Shown one piece after another: positions 13,490 to 26,580 of a stretch of 64,000 nucleotides of DNA. Source of the stretch: Octopus vulgaris (taxonomy: Eukaryota); NCBI GenBank assembly GCA_951406725.2, contig OX597830.1, positions 14,446,001 through 14,510,000 of the forward strand, read 5' to 3'. The notes under the pieces are model-generated. The model did not search any database. It was not told the origin of the DNA and saw only the letters and a list, made by a program, of their open reading frames with translations. The position numbers and the translations under genes are program-made. Within the stretch, counting starts at the first letter, position 1, and every line of letters begins with the position of its first letter.

Positions 13490-15230
13490 TGCGTAAATTA
13501 TAATCCTGCTTCGTAAAGAATATTAGTATTGTGTAAATTTCGTGGCTGTCATATAAATTACATCGTTGTTACTTAAAACAATTGTTGCTGTGTAAATTAT
13601 ATTAGGAATGTGTAAATAGTATGACTGTTTCTATCACTGGTGTGTAAATTATTTCGTTGCGTATACCGTGTTGTCATGTCTAGGTTATATTACTACTGAC
13701 GTGTAAATTTTATTGTTGTGCAAAATATATCGCTGCTATGTAAATTATATTGATACTATATAAATAATGTTACGATTGTGTAAATTATATCCGTAGCCTT
13801 AAATTATATTACTGCCACGAAAATTATAGTGGTGTCATGTATTTTATATTGCTTGGTGTATGTCCGCTTAGTTCTGTTTAAAATTTATTACTACAACATA
13901 AATTAGTAAATTGCTGCGTAAATTATATTAATACCGTGTGAATTATGTTACAACTGTGTAAATTATATCATTGTTGGTGTGCAAATTATACTGGTGTCCG
14001 TGTTAACTATATTATAATATTTTTGTGTATTATTTTCACTACCAATTTCTTTACTACCCACAAGGGTTGACTTTGCCTTTCATCCTTTCGGAGTCGATAA
14101 ATTAAATACCAGTTACGCACTGGGGTCGATGTAATCGACATAATCCGTTTGTATGTCCTTGTTTGTCCTCTCTGTGTTTAGCCCCTTGTGGGTAGTAAAG
14201 AAATAAGTATTTCGTCTGTCTTTACGTTCTGAGTTCAAATTCCGCCAAGGTCGACTTTGCCTTTCATCCTTTCGGTGTCGATTAAATAAGTACCAGTTAC
14301 GAACTGGGGTCGATGTAATCGACTTAATCCGTTCGTCTGTCCTCTCTGCGTTTAGCCCCTTGTGGGTAGTAAAGAAATAGGCATTTCGTCTGTCTTTACG
14401 TACTGAGTTCAAATTTCGCCGAGGTCGACTATGCCTGCCATCCTTATGCCATCCCCAGTGTGTAACTGGTACTTAATTTATCGACCCCGAAAGGATGAAA
14501 GGCAAAGTTGACCTCGGCGGAATTTGAAGTCAGAACGTAACGGCAGACGAAATACAGGCTACACATTTCGCCCGGCACAGAGGGGACAAGCAAGGACAGA
14601 CAAACGGATTAAGTCGATTACATCGTGTAATCTGTATCGTTGCTGTGTAAATTTTTATTACGGCTGAACACTACTGTGTAACTTCTATGTCTTCAGTGTA
14701 AATTTATTTTGGTACCATGTAAACATATACTGTTACTGCGTAAATTCTCTTTGTGGTAAGTTAGCTGTTTTTCTTTTTTCCGTGTATTATATATATATAT
14801 ATATATTTTATCTTGAGTCCTGACAATCCGAAGGCCGGTTACCCGGTTTCCGTGCACTGCTCAAAGTTCACAATTTTAGGGGAGGGGACAAATCGATCGC
14901 ATAGATCTCAGCACTTGACCGGTACTTTATTTTACTAATTCCGAAAGGCTGCAAGGCAAAGTTGACCTCTGTGGGATTTGAACTCAGGACTTAAAGAGTC
15001 CGAGGAAATGTCACAAAGCAGTTTATTTTACGTTTTAGCGATTCTGTCAGCTTACCATTTTATAAATTTATTGTTGTAGTGTAAATTATATATTTTGCCC
15101 AGTAAATTATAATTTTTGTTCAATAAATTATAAAAGTTAGCTGGGTTGCTGGTATGTAAATTATATCGCTGTTTATATGTTATAGTGGTTCTGAATAAAG
15201 TATATTGCTGGTGTGTAAATCACACTTGTG
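13490..15230. repeat. Degenerate minisatellite built on GTGTAAATTATAT (period ~23-27 bp), interrupted by SINE B pieces
   Basis: The motif TGTAAATTATAT or close variants recurs at short, regular spacing in 13490-14020, 14620-14760 and 15060-15230. Confidence 0.7.
14041..14625. mobile_element. Rearranged mosaic of SINE B fragments in both orientations
   Basis: Inverted tail fragment (14045-14066), about two forward units (14066-14450), then reverse fragments (14455-14625). Confidence 0.85.
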
Positions 15231-15279
15231 TAATGTTTTATAAGGGAACGACTATTTAAATTTAATTATATTTATTGCC

Positions 15280-15682
15280 GACAAGCTGGCAGAAACGTTA
15301 GCACGCCGGGCGAAATGTGTAGCCTGTATTTCATCTGCCGTTACGTTCTGACTTCAAATTCCGCCGAGGTCAACTTTGCCTTTCATCCTTTCGGTGTCGA
15401 TTAAATTAAGTACCAGTTACGCACTGGGATCGATGTAATCGACTTAATCCGTTCGTCTGTCCTTGTTTGTCCTCTCTGCGTTTAGCCCCTTGTGGGTAGT
15501 AAAGAAATAGGCATTTCGTCTGTCTTTACGTACTGAGTTCAAATTTCGCCGAGGTCGACTATGCCTGCCATCCTTATGATATGGATAAATTAAGTTCCAC
15601 TGAAACACTGGGGGGTCAATGTAATCGACTAGTCCCTTCCCTCAAAATTCCGGGCATTGTACTTTAAATAGAAATGATTATT
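15280..15682 (+). mobile_element. SINE family B, dimer (head, unit with tail X, unit with tail Y)
   Basis: AGCTGGCAGAAACGTTAGCACGCCGGGCGAAATG..., the central domain twice, ending CCCTCAAAATTCCGGGCATTGTAC..TAGAAATGATTATT. Confidence 0.9.
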
Positions 15683-17849
15683 TATTAAAATTTCGACGAA
15701 AAAATTCTTAAGCTGTGGAGAAGGAGGTTCGAACCTACACAGATAACAACTTTATATTCAGTATTTCTTCTAGTTTATTTTCGTTATTTTCCTCGTACAA
15801 TAGCATTATGTGTTTCTTTCTATTAGTCTGTCGCATACATTATTATTCGCAAAAAAGAAAGAAAGATGCATGATAGCATTCTACAAACGTCAGATGTAAA
15901 TTGGAAAAAATATTTTAAAGTATATGAAAAACATGAATGTTATATTTCCTTTTGTTTGCTGTTGAACTTTAAGATTGATGATATCATATCCTTGTTTTAC
16001 TTTATCTCATCATAAAAAATATCATATTTTCATTGTTATTTGTTAACTACATTATTTGGAATTATTCAGAATAAAACTACAACTCATTCTGATAAACAGG
16101 AAAAAAAAAAAAGTGAAAAAAGATTGCAAATGATTAAATATTAAACAATTTTCAATCAGATGAACTATTCCAGCGAGATGACAGCTGAGAAAATATTCAG
16201 TTTACACGAATCTTTTGAGATCCGACGGGGAGAGAGGGGAATGTCTAGGCCAGGTTTTCTCTGTACATACGAAGAGTCAGTCGGTCTGAGAGTATGTGTA
16301 CTGGTTAGTTTTCGAAAGACATAAGCAATTCTTTAAACGAGTATAACGTGACAGTAAAAGAGAGAAAAAAAAATTCGCTAGCCAATATGGCGATCAAACG
16401 TCTGCCTATTACTAAGAACCATATAAACAGTATTGGTGTTGTTTGGTTAGACCATGGCATCCTCATTGATGCATTATTATGTATCAACAATGGAGTACAA
16501 TTGTATTTTGCACAGCAAAAATCAAACGGAGCTTGCAAATTCGTTTCCACTCTGTCTTTTTGAAAAATTACTTTTTATTTGTACAACATTAATAATGTGT
16601 CACAATATTGGTAAATATAGTTGATTTCTTGGGAGGAGGTCACTTGGGAAATGATTAAGATTGTTTAATATACCATTATTCATAACTTACAGCCGTTTTC
16701 TCTCCAATTCTAAATATTATCTGTAAATAAGAGAGATTTTAATTACTTTAAGGAATGTCATTTAGAATTCTGATGGAAATATATTATTACTTTTAAAACC
16801 AATCAATTAAAGGAAATTTCCATAATACAGAAACGGTTTATGCTCGCCCGTTTTCTCATACGTCTAAAGATGAATGTGGAGAGGTATGGTATTTCAGAAT
16901 TCAGTATTTTTCGATCAGGAAACTATAAACTGTGATATATCTCATAAACATTTACCAATAATGCAATATTGTAATGAAATTTAATGAAAATCTTTTCAAA
17001 ATGATGTACGTTCGCTCATTAGAAATATTTAAGAGAATCTTTGTTTGTTGTCAAAGAAAATTTAATTTTTTACAACCCTGTTGTCCATGAAACGTTGCTC
17101 AGAAGTATAGAACACTTTTTGGAGAAAAAATATAGCAGTTGAACCTAAATGTAACCATTTTCTAAAACCAATGTCTCTCAGCAACAAAGGAAGCTAGGAT
17201 GAGTCAATGAAAATTCCTTGACATCGTGTATTGATTTACAAGAAATAGCAGCCAAATCTTCAACTCACACACGACCCCTTTAAGTTAGAGACGAGTACAT
17301 GAGATATGGTAGTTCGTCTTAACATTAAACAAACTGGATGAAAAATATAGAAATGCCTTTGACCATATGTCTTCGCGGTCAGAGTGCACCTGAAATTCTA
17401 GCCTCTTTTAGTTTTGTTGGTATTTAAATTTTGAAACGCTTTCTTACTCTTTTAATATAAATTTTAATAAACTCATTCATAGTTCTTAAGAAGAGAAAAT
17501 CTGAAGTCAACAAACAGAATGCTTCTTTACTCATAGAATTATCAGATCAATTCATAACATTCATTTCAAAGATTATTCTCAACTGTCTACAACGTCTAAA
17601 AGTGTTCTTTATATATATCATTATTACATAAGGACTTAAGGCGGCGAGCTGGTAGAATCGTTAGCATACCGAGCAAAATGCTTCACGTTCTGAGTTCAAA
17701 TCCCGGCGAGGTCGACTTCCCCTATTGTTATTTAGGGGTCCTTGAAATCATTATTACATAGGGAATCTTTTCATGGCAACATTCTATTCAGATTTTAGTG
17801 AATTTCTAACTTTCTGTGATGTTCCAATATACTGAAAACAGTGTGTCCT

Positions 17850-18860
17850 TAAACCCAAGAATCCGTCTCCAAACTATGTCCTGCATGCACTAACATTGAT
17901 TAATAGAACAAATCAATACACCACATATCAGTAAAGCTTTCGGCTGTGACTGGCATGTAAACCTCTTAACAAATCTTCCTACCTATGCGCTCCACCTGCT
18001 TCTCATCTCTTAGATCAGTAAGCTTCGTATTGTTATATTGCCGCTTGCGTTGACGGAGATACTTTCTGTCTCTCATTCCATCAAATCCAGCAAACTTTCC
18101 TCCTTCAATACATAAATAACTTATTTGCTGCCGTATCACACAGCGCCCACTCCAATACTTAAGACCCTACCTTTCATTTCTTCTTACCATTATCTAACCA
18201 AGCATTATCCACTCACAACTTAAACATCACATGTCAAATATTGATTACATGAACAGAAATCTTGGAAGCAACATCCAACAGAGATATTCGTGTCTCTTTC
18301 ATTAGCAAGAAAACTCATATCAAGAAAATATCATCGAACGTCGCCCTCAATCACGAGCAGCAGTCAAAGTGCTCCAAATGACTCTAATGGCTAGGTCTCA
18401 CTATAACCGCGGATATTTCTTAAGGAAAGCACATAGCGAGGATCAGAGTGCAACATTTGGCTCTTCTGTTGAAGACAGTAGGCACTTCAGGCTCCAACAT
18501 CCTTAATACTCGACAACATTCTGGTGAGGCCTCAATATGGTATTGCTTTCACATTTTAGACTATGCTATTGCTGATCACACTGGCATCCTAGACCGCATC
18601 AAGTAAAGGATTACCAGACTGAGAGGTTTAAAGCCACTTACAGATAATCTCCAACCTCTCTCTGGTTTTTTTCTAGTCTTTCGTGCTAGTTGGGCTTTTC
18701 GTCCTTCCTTTCACGAATGTTGTCTCCAAGTCCCAGGCTTTGAACGATTCACTACGCTTAGTCGATCCTTCCCAAAACGTCGATTCTCTAGGTTTCCGTT
18801 TCTGCTCATATCTTTCCCGCAGATATTTACTTGAAAAGATTTAGAAGGAATCGATATCAT
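17850..18860 (+). pseudogene. Highly decayed CR1/L2/Jockey-group LINE RT fragment
   Basis: Broken translation shows VRP...YCFHI...ILDRIK.RITRL (cf. VRP.LEYCS.IW...LDRIQ.RA.RL), with ACVDG further upstream. Many stop codons. Confidence 0.5.
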
Positions 18861-19322
18861 GGTCTTGATGGGCTTTGCATCGGCTTATGGGCACTGTCTC
18901 TTCCTATAGACAGAGCAAGCTAAAAGAAAACGAGAGCTAAAAAGGACAGTTCAGTGACAAATATAAAGAAAACAATATTAGTCAATAATAATAAAATAAT
19001 TTTTAATTCTCTCAGCGAGTATGGAAGACAACTCCTGGCAAATATCTCGTACTATGATCTCATCAGCGAAGCATTTACTTCGCCTTTCTTGCCGAAATAA
19101 TGCTGTATGAATCACGATATGAATGCATAAGACTGCAGATTGGTTGGAGAAGGAAATGTAGACATTTTTGAGGTAGAAAACCAATAGTTAGGTTACTGTT
19201 TAAATATCTAATACAAGAGGTATTGATTTCAACTCTTGTTAGTGTAGTAATTGTAATGATCTCAAACCACATCACTGAGCATTACCATCGTGTCGCATGT
19301 CGGTAAAATTATGCTTCTAGGG

Positions 19323-19528
19323 CAGTGGTTTTCAACCAGGGTTCCGCGGAACCTTAGGGTTCCGCCAGTACAGTCCAGGGGTTCCGCAAGAAGTTACAAA
19401 ACTGCTAAAATTGGCAGTAGTTTTTAATTCTCCTGTGCAGATATGTGTACATAAGACTAATAAATTATTGCACAGGGGTTCCTCGAGCCAGTGGAATGTT
19501 TCCTTGGGGTTCCGTTTGAAAAGCACTG
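19323..19528. mobile_element. hAT-type (Charlie-like) MITE
   Basis: Termini CAGTGGTTTTCAA...TTGAAAAGCACTG, repeated subterminal GGGTTCC motifs, 8 bp TSD TTCTAGGG/TTCTAGGC. Confidence 0.85.
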
Positions 19529-20930
19529 TTCTAGGCAGTAGGAAAGTGAAAGATATATGACGTGTTGCTTTAACACCAAGTCACTGAAAGGCAAAGAGCA
19601 ATGACCATGTGGCCCAAAGCAGGAAATAACTATGATGCTGCTCACAAAATTTAAAACTCTAGATAAATTACAAGAAAGTTAAGAACTGACATTTATCTAG
19701 AAGGATAGCATTCAACACTATAAAACCATAGAACAATTAGAGTGTGAAGTAACCCCCACTAAAAGTCCTGGAAACGTTTTCACAAACAGTTTGGTTGTTC
19801 AGATTCCTTGTCCAATGGGGAGGCACATTTCATGTTTTCCTCTAAGGATCGTATAATTGTCGCATGGCTGTAAACTCAGTTCCTGGTCATTAAACGTATC
19901 GCTTGGCCGCATAGATGTAAATAAATACCTTAAACTTTGAAGTAAGGTGTGCCATGATTCATGAGTGTTTAGTAGCTGGCAGCACTGAATTTCAGACATT
20001 CTGGTATTAATAGGATCAACAGAATTAATTAAATTCAATGTAGTAATAAGTTAAGTAGTTAATGGTATTTTAAATTACTGATTATATAGATATTTCTCAA
20101 TTTCTTAAAGACTAGAAATATTGATAGAAATAAAGCAATTCATTTTGAAATTTGTGAAGAAATTCTAGTCAAAACAGCGACAAAGAAGAAAAACTAGAGA
20201 CTTCTTTATCAAAATCTAATTTGAGAAAGAGTTTTTACTCCAGACAACTGTCTCATAAATCTACAAGTTTAGATAATTTTTGTTTTGATAATAGTTGTGT
20301 GAAAATTCAATAAATAAATGTTTTATTCATAAGAATAGTGTCATATCAAAGTTTCTGACACAAGATCTTGCATTTATGGATGGTTCAAAGGTTTTATAGA
20401 ATACCCCACATTAGTAGAAATAATGTTGCTATGAGGATATGTTTGAATATTTACTGTTTTAGTTTTGATGATATAATCTTTTTCTACCGTTTCATGTGGA
20501 CTGTTCATTGGGCAATGAAAGCATAAAACCCAGCATAATTCACGATAACCAAGTTGAAGATTATATGCTACTGTGCGTATCTTGACAAATATATAATATT
20601 TTACATCGCACACGGCTCACATAAAATCTTAAATTCTGATACATGCACGAGCACACGCACAACCCCACATGCGCGCCCCTGTATACATAGCTACGGTGAG
20701 ACAGAAAATTCATGAAATGAATGTGTGGGTGACCAGTGTATTGCTGTTATGAAAAACGGTAGTCGCTAATATATTCACATTTGCGTTGAGTACATACGTC
20801 TTGTGAATACATTTGAAGACGGTGTGATATCTTGTAATACATTAGAAACTGTCTCTTTCTCTCAGATAGGAGACATACAGAACATATTCTTTAGTATATA
20901 TATAATCGTGTATATATATGTATGTATGTT

Positions 20931-20995
<65 letters not shown>

Positions 20996-21519
20996 GTATA
21001 TATATGTCTGTGTATGTTTGTTTATAGTCTACGGATATTTGCTGATTTCCATATGTATATACAGTAACAGAAATCAAACTGTGATAACAACTGGTAGCCG
21101 AAACCCGGAGTGAAGCTTAGGAAAGCACATTAAGTTTATATTCCAGATTGTATTAATGTGTATATGCGTTTGTGTGTTTGTGTGTAAATCAGTTATACCA
21201 CATTCTTTCTATCATTACTAAAAACTGACACTGTCCAACGGCTTCTAAACAATTTCTTAAAATGAAACTTTCATTATTCGCCCACATTCCCATTTAAACT
21301 GTCACTATATCAACAGTTACATGACGTAAATATTCTAATTATTTGAGAATACGTCACAGATCGGTCAATGAAAAATCTCAGGTGTTTCTTGCAACTTATG
21401 CAACATATGCGGCCTAATGTAATGAAGCAAAAAGAACCATCATTCAATTGAAATGTTGACCATAATATGTTAATGACAGTTATTTTCAAAAAGTTTAAGG
21501 GAGAGAACTCCCAAACTTA

Positions 21520-22108
21520 ATATTTTTTTTCTACTCTAGGTAAAAGGCCCGAAATTTTGGAGGAGGGGGGGGCAGTCGATTAGATCGACCCCAATATGCA
21601 ACTGATACCTAATTTATCGACCCCGAAATGATGAAAGGCAAAGTCCATCTCGGTTGAATTTGAACTCAGAACGTAAAGAGACGAGATACCTATTTCTTTA
21701 CTACCCACAAGGGGCTAAAAAACAGAGATGACAAACAAGGACAGACAAACGGATTAAGTCGATTATATCGACCGCAGTGCGTAACCGGTACTTATTTAAT
21801 CGACCCCGAAAGAATGAAAGGCAAAGTCGACCTCGGCGGAATTTGAACTCAGAACGTAAAGGCAGACGAAATACCTATTTCTTTATTACCCACAAGGAGC
21901 TAAACACAGAGAAGACAAGCAAGGAGAGACAAAGGGATCAAGTCGATTACATCGACCCCAGTGCGTAACTGGTACTTATTTAATCGACCCCGAAAGGATG
22001 AAAGACAAAGTCGACCTCGGCAGAATTTGAACTCAGAACGTAGCGGCAGACGAAATATGGCTACGCATTTCACCCGGCGTGCTAACGTTTCTGCCAGCTC
22101 ACCGCCTG
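21520..22108 (-). mobile_element. SINE family B, trimer
   Basis: One head at ~22107, then three central-domain units ~186 bp apart. The first two end in tail X (GTGGGTA.TAAAGAAATAGG) and the last in tail Y (CCAAAATTTCGGGCCTTT-ACCTAGAGTAGAAAA). Confidence 0.9.
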
Positions 22109-23279
22109 TCCCAAAATTAATATTAAACTAATAAGTGGACATTTGAATAAGCCATCATATCTTATTGTATTTTATTTCTTCATTTCTCTTGCATAAAGAA
22201 AAAATATTATTAATTTGATGGGATCAAAGGTACATGTATCATATTTCATATTACATCTTGAGTTATGAAACAATTTTATGTGTCGGCAAATGATCTCTGA
22301 TCTATAACATAGCTTTTGTTTTTCAGAAGACAGTAACACAGCGCTGTAAGTCATGAAAATACCCATTAACTGTCACTTGCTCCTATTCAATGTTTTCACT
22401 TAGATTTTGTCGGACTCTATCATTAAGAACTAACAGCTTTGACCAAGGTTACACTGTGACATATACGATACGATGCCAGATGTGACATATCACAAAGTGT
22501 CAGATATGACACAATGCTTAATCGTATACAGCAGAATGCAGTGATTATACACAATCAACCCCATACACTGATCATGTGCTTCTTAATAAGTCCCCAAAGC
22601 CCTCCTGCTATGAATAATACAATTTAAATGTTGGAAATGAAAGTATGGAATGCAAAGAAGAATACGTTTGACCTCTAGGTATACAAGGACGAATCTAGAC
22701 AGAGTTTTGTTCTATAACACTTCATCATTAAGACACGTCTAAACGTAGCTGCCTTACTGCATGAAATCTTAACCGAAAAATTAAGTAGATATGAAACGAA
22801 ATCAGAACTCTGTCGAATACCAAGCCCTATCATTTACTTGCTTCAGTCATTAGACAGAGGCCATGCTGGAGCACCGCTTTGTACAATAATAACTGTAATG
22901 TAGAAGTCTAAGGAAGTCAGGGACAGAAGGCAAGTTAAAGGATAATGTTACGAATTTTTAAAAAGGAAAATGAGTTATAGTATGTTAAGTAGGTGCCATT
23001 TTGGACGAGCAGATCGTTAAAGCAGAACGTATTTCGCTCGACCACGTAAATTTGTTATGAACGGCCCACACGAGGTTTGTAAGAAGTCAATAATGTTTAC
23101 TGTTTTTAAATGTAACATCCAAAGAAAAGAAAATCATTTATGCTCAGCGTTGACCGGGAAAAGGAATGGAGCGGGGAAATCAAACTACTGCAAAAATCAT
23201 AAAAGGATAAAGAATAAGCTGTTACGTTTATATATTTGTTTTGCAAGATTTTTGATGTGAAGTCGTGTGTTGAAACATA

Positions 23280-23460
23280 TATTGTTGTATTTAGAAATGG
23301 TCATTTGTATTGAGGAGTGTGACGAAAGAACTCTGGCCGAAATAAGATTAAGATTAATGTAAAAAAATAAATAACGTTGAAGCAAATTAACACCAAACAT
23401 ATAGTGCGTGTGTTTTTATTGGCTAAACTGGCAAAATGACCATTCCTAAATACAACAATA
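23280..23460. mobile_element. Small TIR element (Tc1/mariner-type MITE)
   Basis: TATTGTTGTATTTAGAAATGGTCATTT...AAATGACCATTCCTAAATACAACAATA inverted termini ending in TA. Confidence 0.7.
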
Positions 23461-23771
23461 AGCTGTTATTTACTTGTAGATGCAGAGTAAGTGAACATGT
23501 TTAAAATCATATGTTACAAATTTGATCGACAGCTTTTTCCAAGAAGTCCAAATTGATTTGAAGTAATATATACGTAAAGTATAAATTAAATTATTTCATT
23601 GACTGGCGAATGTTTTGCTGATTTACAATTCTGTGTTTATATATTTTGTTTAGTCAAAACAAATTAATGACATCATGTGAAATTTTGTAAAAAAAAACAA
23701 AAATGAATTTGGGAACCTCGCCAGATGTGTTTCAGCAATTTGAAAATGATTGAGAGATAGAGGGGGGAAAA

Positions 23772-24310
23772 ACACACACACACACACACAGACAGACAAA
23801 CGGATTTCTCCCTCTCAGCATTTCGTTTTCTATCTCTCAGCTCTTCACTCTCCCTCTCTTTCTCCTTCTCTCACACACATACATACACACACATGCAAAA
23901 CACACACACACACAGACAGACAAACGGATTTCTCCCTCTCAGCATTTCGTTTTCTATCTCTCAGCTCTTCACTCTCCCTCTCTTTCTCCTTCTCTCACAC
24001 ACATACATACACACACATGCAAACACACACACACACACACACACACAGACAGACAAACGGATTTCTCCCTCTCAGCATTTCGTTTTCTATCTCTCAGCTC
24101 TTCACTCTCCCTCTCTTTCTCCTTCTCTCACACACATACATACACACACATGCAAACACACACACACACACACACACACAGACAGACAAACGGATTTCTC
24201 CCTCTCAGCATTTCGTTTTCTATCTCTCAGCTCTTCACTCTCCCTCTCTTTCTCCTTCTCTCACACACATACATACACACACATGCAAACACACACACAC
24301 ACACACACAC
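23772..24310. repeat. Four-copy tandem repeat of 124-133 bp: identical core with variable (CA)n linker
   Basis: The core GACAGACAAACGGATTTCTCCC...CACATGCAAA starts at 23791, 23915, 24048 and 24181. Confidence 0.95.
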
Positions 24311-25244
24311 CTGTATGTAGTGCTGTGTGCGTTTGAGTATGTATACACTCTTGTAAGCTTAAGTATGATGGCGACGGATGACATAGTGCAGAAGACATAT
24401 ATAAATATTTTTTCTGCAATAACAGTAATTTTTTTAGGCAAAAACATTCCCTAAATCATTTAAATAGTACTTCAATAACAATTCAACAAAGTCACTGAAT
24501 AACGTCTCTGTGATCCAGTAATCTCATTATCTTCTATACTTTATCAGCACATTTTGATGGCCTAAACTGCTCAACACGCAAACAAATTTGAGCATAGTTT
24601 CCATTGAGTTTTTTCACTTGATTTAGACTGAAATTGGCATGCTGATTTCGAAACTACAATTAGTTTATTATTATTTTTTTGCTGTTGTTTACTCTCTGAG
24701 TAAGTACAATTGTATTGTTTGTCCGTAAGTAATAGGACTGGTCAGCTATTACTTTTATTTTATTGATAAGGAGCGAGAGGTTTTTAAATATGGTGATTTA
24801 AAGTGGTGTTTTGAAAAGCCTGGCAGCCTATAGCCAGTTTCAAATTTCCCTCCGAAAAATAAGTCACAGTTATTGATCAGTCAGTTGGCTCAGCTTGTCT
24901 TCCATCCTTGAGAGTCTAGTTCCTGTTTCAAGATGGAAGCTGGAAGCTAACTTGGTGCTAAGATGCATGTAATTGCATGAATGTGGACAATTACATCAAT
25001 GCAGAGGATTCGATGTTACGAGGACAGAGAACAGGTTTGTGGGGTGGTGGAGAGATGGCAAGCTTTGAAGGGAGTGAACCGTTGGTTTGAAGTGTGGTGG
25101 GATTCTGTTCTGGAGTTTGCGGCCTAAGTTTCTACTCTGTTCTTTTTTTCGTATGGAGTATTTGTGTGAATGTATATGTATGTATATTCGTTTTCTGAGT
25201 TGCTGCTCGCATTGCCTCCCCTCGGATTAAAAAATGTCTATATA

Positions 25245-25664
25245 GGCGCAGGAGTGGCTGTGTGGTAAGTAGCTTGCTAACCAGCCACATGGTTCCGGGT
25301 TCAGTCCCACTGAGTGGCATCTTCGGCAAGTGTCTTCTGCTATAGCCCCGGGCCAACCAATGCCTTGTGAGTGGATTTGGTAGATGGAAACTGAAAGAAG
25401 ACTGTCGTATATATATGTATATATATATATGTATGTGTGTGTGTTTGTGTGTCTGTGTTTGTCCCCCTAGCATTGCTTGACAACCAATGCTGGTGTGTTT
25501 ACGTCCCCGTCATCTAGCGGTTCGGCAAAAGGAGACCGATAGAATAAGTACTGGGCTTACAAAAGAATAAGTCCCGGAGTCGAGTTGCTCGACTAAAGGC
25601 GGTGCTCCAGCATGGCCGCAGTCAAATGACTGAAACAAGTAAAAAGAGTAAAAAAGAGAAAGAG
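25245..25664 (+). mobile_element. SINE family A, full length
   Basis: GGCGCAGGAGTGGCTGTGTGGTAAG...GGTTCAGTCCC head, internal TA/TG microsatellite, 3' module and (GAGTAAAA)n tail. Confidence 0.92.
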
Positions 25665-26162
25665 CTCATTTGAGCACTACTATTCCAGTCTGTTATATAT
25701 CTTGAGCGTTGTTGTCACTAACGATCTCAAGATATAACTTTGTATTTTGTAATTTATTCATCTTCTGATGCATATCCATACATGCTTTTGTAAAATACAC
25801 GTATCTATCAGGGATAGTGGTTACAGGCCCATCTGGCCGTTCTATCTAGGTGACTACTATTGTAGTCTGCAAATAATTCATGAAAGTATGTATGCAAGGA
25901 GTTAGTAGACCTTATTTACGCTAGACAAAGCGAAGGTACTCTATTGCTGAAAATGTTGACGTGATACAGAAAAATTGGGATCAATTTCCAATCCAGTGGC
26001 CAAAAGTTATTCAAAAACAAATGTCAGATCTAACTGAACTAAAATTGTGTTCCTCACTGTAATTTAAGAAAGCACTTTTACAAATCATATTAAGAAAATA
26101 CGAAATTAAGAGATACATCAGACTCATCTTTATGGACTGGAAATTTCTAACAATATAAAATG

Positions 26163-26580
26163 GGATCTTTTCGGTTTGAACGACAGTTTTTAACATAATT
26201 TCTAGGTAACTAAAAAATTTTAAACTTCGTATACTGGTAGAATGTGTTTATAAAACATCTTTTTCTCTTGGCTTTATTGAGAAAATTCTATAGTTTGTAA
26301 GATATTTGTTGTTTTTTCTTTCTTCAATTTCTGCCAATCACTGACGTCTATTGAGGTAAAAAAAACATTCTGTGTCGTATGAATATGTCCCCCGTTTAAG
26401 AAACAGATTGGGTTTATTTACATTTGTGAAGAAAAAAAGATACTCTTCCCTCCACCCATAACCCTAACCCTAACCCTAAAACAGATTGAAATGCAATAGA
26501 TCGATACTAAGGTCATAATTATGGGTGACAATTTCATATGACACCGCTAGAAAAAACTGCCGGTCAAATCGAAAAGATCC
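26163..26580 (+). mobile_element. Merlin-like MITE, copy 2
   Basis: Same TIRs and internal sequence as copy 1. Imperfect 8 bp TSD ATAAAATG/AAAAAATG. Confidence 0.9.

Noticed and set aside
23750-24454. 234 aa repetitive ORF and a CRISPR-like repeat/spacer look
   Set aside because: It is a tandem repeat whose 'spacers' are only (CA)n. The DNA is eukaryotic and there are no cas genes.
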